The notes under the pieces are model-generated. The model saw nothing but the letters and a program-made list of their open reading frames with translations, was not told the DNA's origin and did no database searches. Below are positions 59,801 to 64,000 of a stretch of 64,000 nucleotides of DNA, piece by piece. The stretch's first letter is position 1, and every line of letters starts with the position of its first letter. Position numbers and translations under genes: made by a program. This stretch comes from Podospora anserina (taxonomy: Eukaryota), in NCBI GenBank assembly GCA_017654855.1, contig CM030335.1, positions 2,604,001 to 2,668,000 on the forward strand, given 5' to 3'.

Positions 59801-62800
59801 CTGATATTGAGCTTGTGGTGGCGTTGGCTCTTGATGAATTGACGTTCAATTGCCGTGAGGGTGAAATTCCCGGACCGGAGGTTCTGACCCCCCACGTTCG
59901 CCTAAACACTCCCTCAGACAGAAGCAGTGACCCACTGTGCCGTGGGATGGATCCATACAGTGCGTCACTCACACCAACTTCCAACTTCCTTCCAATTCAA
60001 GGTCGTGCAACCGCGAAATCCTGTCATCCAGCGGCCTTCCAAGACAAGCAACCATCATCACCAACACCTCGAGATGCAAGCCACCATTGTTGACGGTTGA
60101 TCCGGCGGTCTGGGATAACGGTGTGCCTGAGACTGTATGGTCACCTGTCTCACAGGTTGTGCCCATTTTGAGCTGCAGAATTTTTCTGATGTATTAGCAT
60201 CCGATTAACCAGACTGGCTTTTACGCTGATGGTAGTCAGAATTCTGGAGCAGTACCCGGTGATGTACCAAGTACGGAGTACCTGGAGCAAAACGCCGTGT
60301 CGTTTTGTATGTCTGTTTCTATCTTGTTCATGACGACAGGAGAAATCGAGGGAAAAGAGCGGGTTGGCCTCGCTCTCTTTTTGTTACGTTTTTGTTACGC
60401 AGCCCTTCGAGCACTCCTAGATGAATCGTTCTTGTTCGCAAATACATTGGGAAAATTCCTCCGATGGAACATGCATCAGCCCTTTTTTTGGACGTGGCGT
60501 TTCCAACTCTGGGGCTGTCAGGGTTTCCCCACGATCTCACCGATCTCACCTTGCCATGCAAGGCTCGTCATACACTGCCTGTGGCGACCCTTCGCCAACT
60601 AGAAATCAGATTGCAAGAGTTAGACGAGCTAATCAATTTCTTAGGTTGTTTCGATGGTGGCCCAGAACCACCAAGTTCAAGTTGCCGAGATGGATCGACC
60701 TTGGGTCCATTCCAAGAGACTAGAGATTGGTCTTCGCCTATAGACAAAGGCTTCCAATCCCTCGTTGGCCGTCAACTCATAGCGTATACCCTCACTTGCG
60801 GAGTCAAAGCATCACTAGTCTTCGGCAGGCCAATGGGAGAAAAGAGCAATGTCATACATACTTTGGTGATGGCTTGTCTGTCCACCTTGTTGCCTCGGGC
60901 ACACAATATGATCGGTCTTCCCTGCCGAGACAGTCCTCCCGCTCTGCTTAGCCGTATGCAGCTTTTTCGATCTTGGGTTGCTAGAAGGGATGGAATTGGT
61001 TGACTGGGAATCAGTCTTTCGGTCACAAGGTCAGAAAGAGGCACGAGCCATGTACCGCAGCACCGCTGGGATGGAGGACGCCCCTGGGTCAAAGGAGGCA
61101 TCATCCACACCTTGACGGGCCATTTCTTCACCTTTATTGGCTACGCTGACGCGGGGAATGCTCTGGGCTTGGACGTCCTCCAGCCAAAGATGTCCAAAAT
61201 AACTAGAGTAGGTTGAGGCCCATGTGATGCAGGGTAGGATTCCTCAACCTCTTGGCCGCCTCTCCTCTGCAACCAAGACACGATTCCACGTGGCAGTCTG
61301 GGTCCGGGCTGACATCTGGTGTGGCCAAAAAGTATTTGACCAGGGCGGCCCGCCTCCCTCATCCGATGGCTCAGTTTTTACACGAACCGGATCACAGAAC
61401 GACGAACATCGGGAACGCCAGTATCCGACGACCACCGAGACAGGACGCCTCTTGCTATGAGCCCTAACCTAACCCACCATCAGATGTTGTACAAGACTTC
61501 ACTCGGAAAGAATTTGGACCTTGTACCACCGCCAACATAAGTATCAGCTGATATATCGTAATCTCGGGCTACCAGCGGACTCGGGAAACACATTGTTCTT
61601 TTAGACCGAGCGAACATTCTGTCATGGGAGCAGTCATGGTCGAGACCTAGGCCAGTTGCCTCTCAGGAGAGTAATGTATCAGGCACGGAGTACGCTGGAT
61701 TTCCTTGCCCTGTTGGGCCTCGCATGAAGAATCATGGCTCAGCTTTTTCTTGAATTCTTTACGTCTTGGCATCTATTCCAGGTACGTCGTTATTGACGCT
61801 GGGCATCTGTTGCGTGCTGGTTGTTGCTCTAAGATTTTCAGAAACACCTCTGGTCTGTCACATCCAGGCTGATCTCTTCGGTTGACTGCACTTGAACCCA
61901 ATTCACTTTGTCAATTCGATTTCTGCACATTACCCAACAGCTACCCACGCCGGTCAGAGAATACATTAATGGATGACAGGTCGTCAGGCCGGACTTATGT
62001 AAGGATTGCCTAACCTGGGACGCGGCTGCACACCGAGCGGGAGGCCAGTGACACGTCGTTCGGCGACGTGAGGTTTCACCGTCAAGCCAGCAAAACTGCA
62101 AGTTCACCAATCCCTCTTGACAGACCTCACAAGTCTTCCCATGTCTGACAGCTGCAAGTCCTGTTGATCACTATTGCCAGCCATGCCGCGATTCTGGGGT
62201 ACTGCTACAGAGCTGCACAGTGCATGTGTACGGTTGACCTTGATCAGATCAGCTTTCCAAGGAGAGTCCACCATGGCCACGCACCCATGGTGCTCCCCGA
62301 GGGTCATTGATGCAAATGCATCACACCACTAGCTCCCTTTGACCAAGGTTATTCTATACACACACACCGGTCCGGACATAGAGAATCGGCAGGATTCACA
62401 GAGCAGCGGGTGCCTAGGTATGTGGTGCCAACAATCGAGGATACACCGCCACTCTTTACAACGCCCTCTCATGGAAGTCATCGAGTCGGGGAAGAGCAAG
62501 GACCTTTTTTTCAGCCAGCCCAAAATGCATCTGCAAAAGGAATCTGCAGCTTGCTGTCACGGGTCGCGCAGAAATTTTGCCATTCGCATGGGAGGCTCCA
62601 CCGGCGTGCAGTTTGCAGGGCGATGCAGCAAAACGCTGTCAGGACATCCCGTCTCAACTATTCGATACATCGCAGTAGTGTCTGCTAATACGCACATTTT
62701 CACGAGGGCGGGAAAGCGGGAGCTAAACACAATCCGGAATCACTTTGTCATGGCCTGCAGCAGAGGGAGGAGGGGAAGAAGCGGGGGAGGGGCTTCTGTC

Positions 62801-63060
62801 TCATTCGATGAGTCCCGGCTCTTTTTTTCCCACCCTCCAATACAATGTCGTTGGCCCCCTCAGCGGGGGAGCGGCTGCGTTTTCCCAGCAATAGTAGCTT
62901 GTTGCTATTCGTATAGCTGGACAGGAAAACTTGCTGAATCTTACCCCTGATCGATCAGAGCACTAGGCATTTCCGCGGAGGACTACACTACTATGTGTAG
63001 GTTTTGTCGCTCTTGGGGGTCATAGTATCACCAGCTGCCAACAAATCTACTTAGTTGTGG

Positions 63061-63656
63061 TACCGTATAAACTCGAGGAATATGTCTTTTTGCCCTGGAC
63101 AAACCCGCTTTTATATATGGGACCCGTGTCAACCGAGCCAATCAAACTACCTTCCGGGCTACTATTTTATAGACCAATATTCCACTTTTCCTTAGTATTA
63201 AACTACTACAGCCACTCACTTGATACTTTAGTTTACCACTACTATATTACGTTTTCATTATTTTAATACTACTACGTAGAGTTATACATAGCTAAAATCA
63301 GTTAATTTCACCTAAATTTATTAATTAGGTTATTTATATAAAATTTTATTAATAAAATGCCTTTTTAATTAATTTAAATATTAATTCCTGTATATTTAAA
63401 AGTATAATATATAACGACTAAAGTACTAAAGCTAAATATTATAAGCTTCTAAGCTATAGTTGAGGGAATCACACCAAGTTTAGGACTCCTACTAACTATA
63501 GTTTAAAAAGCTTTACTTCAAGAATATTTTTTGGAGCTGCTTATTTTTAATTTACTTTACACTTTAATTTGTATTATTTTTTATATCATATAATTATTTT
63601 GTTTATAGTTTTTTATATTTTTATAATAACGGAATATATTTAATAACCTTCTTTAA
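63061..63656. mobile_element. RIP-degraded repeat, probably the end of a Tc1/mariner(pogo)-type DNA transposon
   Basis: Sharp switch to very AT-rich, TpA-rich DNA. It begins TA+CCGTATAAACTCGAG, resembling a TA target site plus a CCGTA-type terminal inverted repeat. The partner TIR is not in the window. Confidence 0.55.
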
Positions 63657-64000
63657 TGTTAGCTGGTGAGCCCTGATAGGCCTATAATATAGAACCTATA
63701 CAGGGTTGCTGTAAAATACAGCAGTGCGCAAGTGGAAGCGGAAGGATATGACGGCAGTGCCGAAGGAAGATAAAGCACTGTAATATAGTGAGGTATAAGG
63801 AATAAGAATTGCCTTTATTACCTTTGGCCTTAGCCTTAAGCTTTTGCCCTTAAGGAAAGAAAGAAAGGAACTATTCTACAGGAGAGAGGAGAGGTCTATA
63901 TATAGGCCTTCGTAGGCCTACTGTGGGTCCTGTAGGCCCTGGAAGCCCCTATACCACTTTGGGGTATTTGGTGGGCTTAGGTGGGTCTAGTGTAGACTCA
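63657..64000 (-). mobile_element. LTR (solo or end of a retrotransposon) nested in the AT-rich element, truncated by the window edge
   Basis: Composition changes at TGTTAGCTGG (63657), a TG..CA-type LTR terminus. On the minus strand a TATATATA box (~63900) is followed by a CT-rich tract and ends in ...CTAACA. Confidence 0.55.

Overview
Eukaryotic DNA from a filamentous ascomycete. The GT-AG introns with CTRAC/CTAAC branch sites, the gene set and the RIP-like AT-rich repeat debris suggest Sordariales, but the taxon is an inference. I can support 13 intact protein-coding genes, most spliced by hand: glycerol kinase, a 682-aa hypothetical, GPI mannosyltransferase 2 (GPI18/PIG-V), a 319-aa membrane protein, a pectin methylesterase (CE8), an AA9 LPMO, a YTH-domain RNA-binding protein, a VosA-type velvet regulator, a GH43 hydrolase, Artemis/DCLRE1C, a cytochrome P450, a secreted tyrosinase and a GaaC/LGA1-like DHDPS-family aldolase. 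Also present: several decayed gene relics (an ankyrin-like relic with four CAR->TAR stops, a DUF3632-like relic, an orphan F-box motif), a probable tRNA pseudogene, a ~17 kb gene desert upstream of the velvet gene, and at the right edge a RIP-degraded DNA transposon interrupted by an LTR. I found no clearly novel multi-gene system. The best lead is a possible dispersed pectin/D-galacturonate regulon: exact TCCNCCAAT (GARE) motifs upstream of the pectin methylesterase and glycerol kinase genes and a near match upstream of the aldolase. A perfect inverted pair of XlnR-type sites also lies upstream of the GH43 gene. All family assignments come from motif recognition, not database searches.
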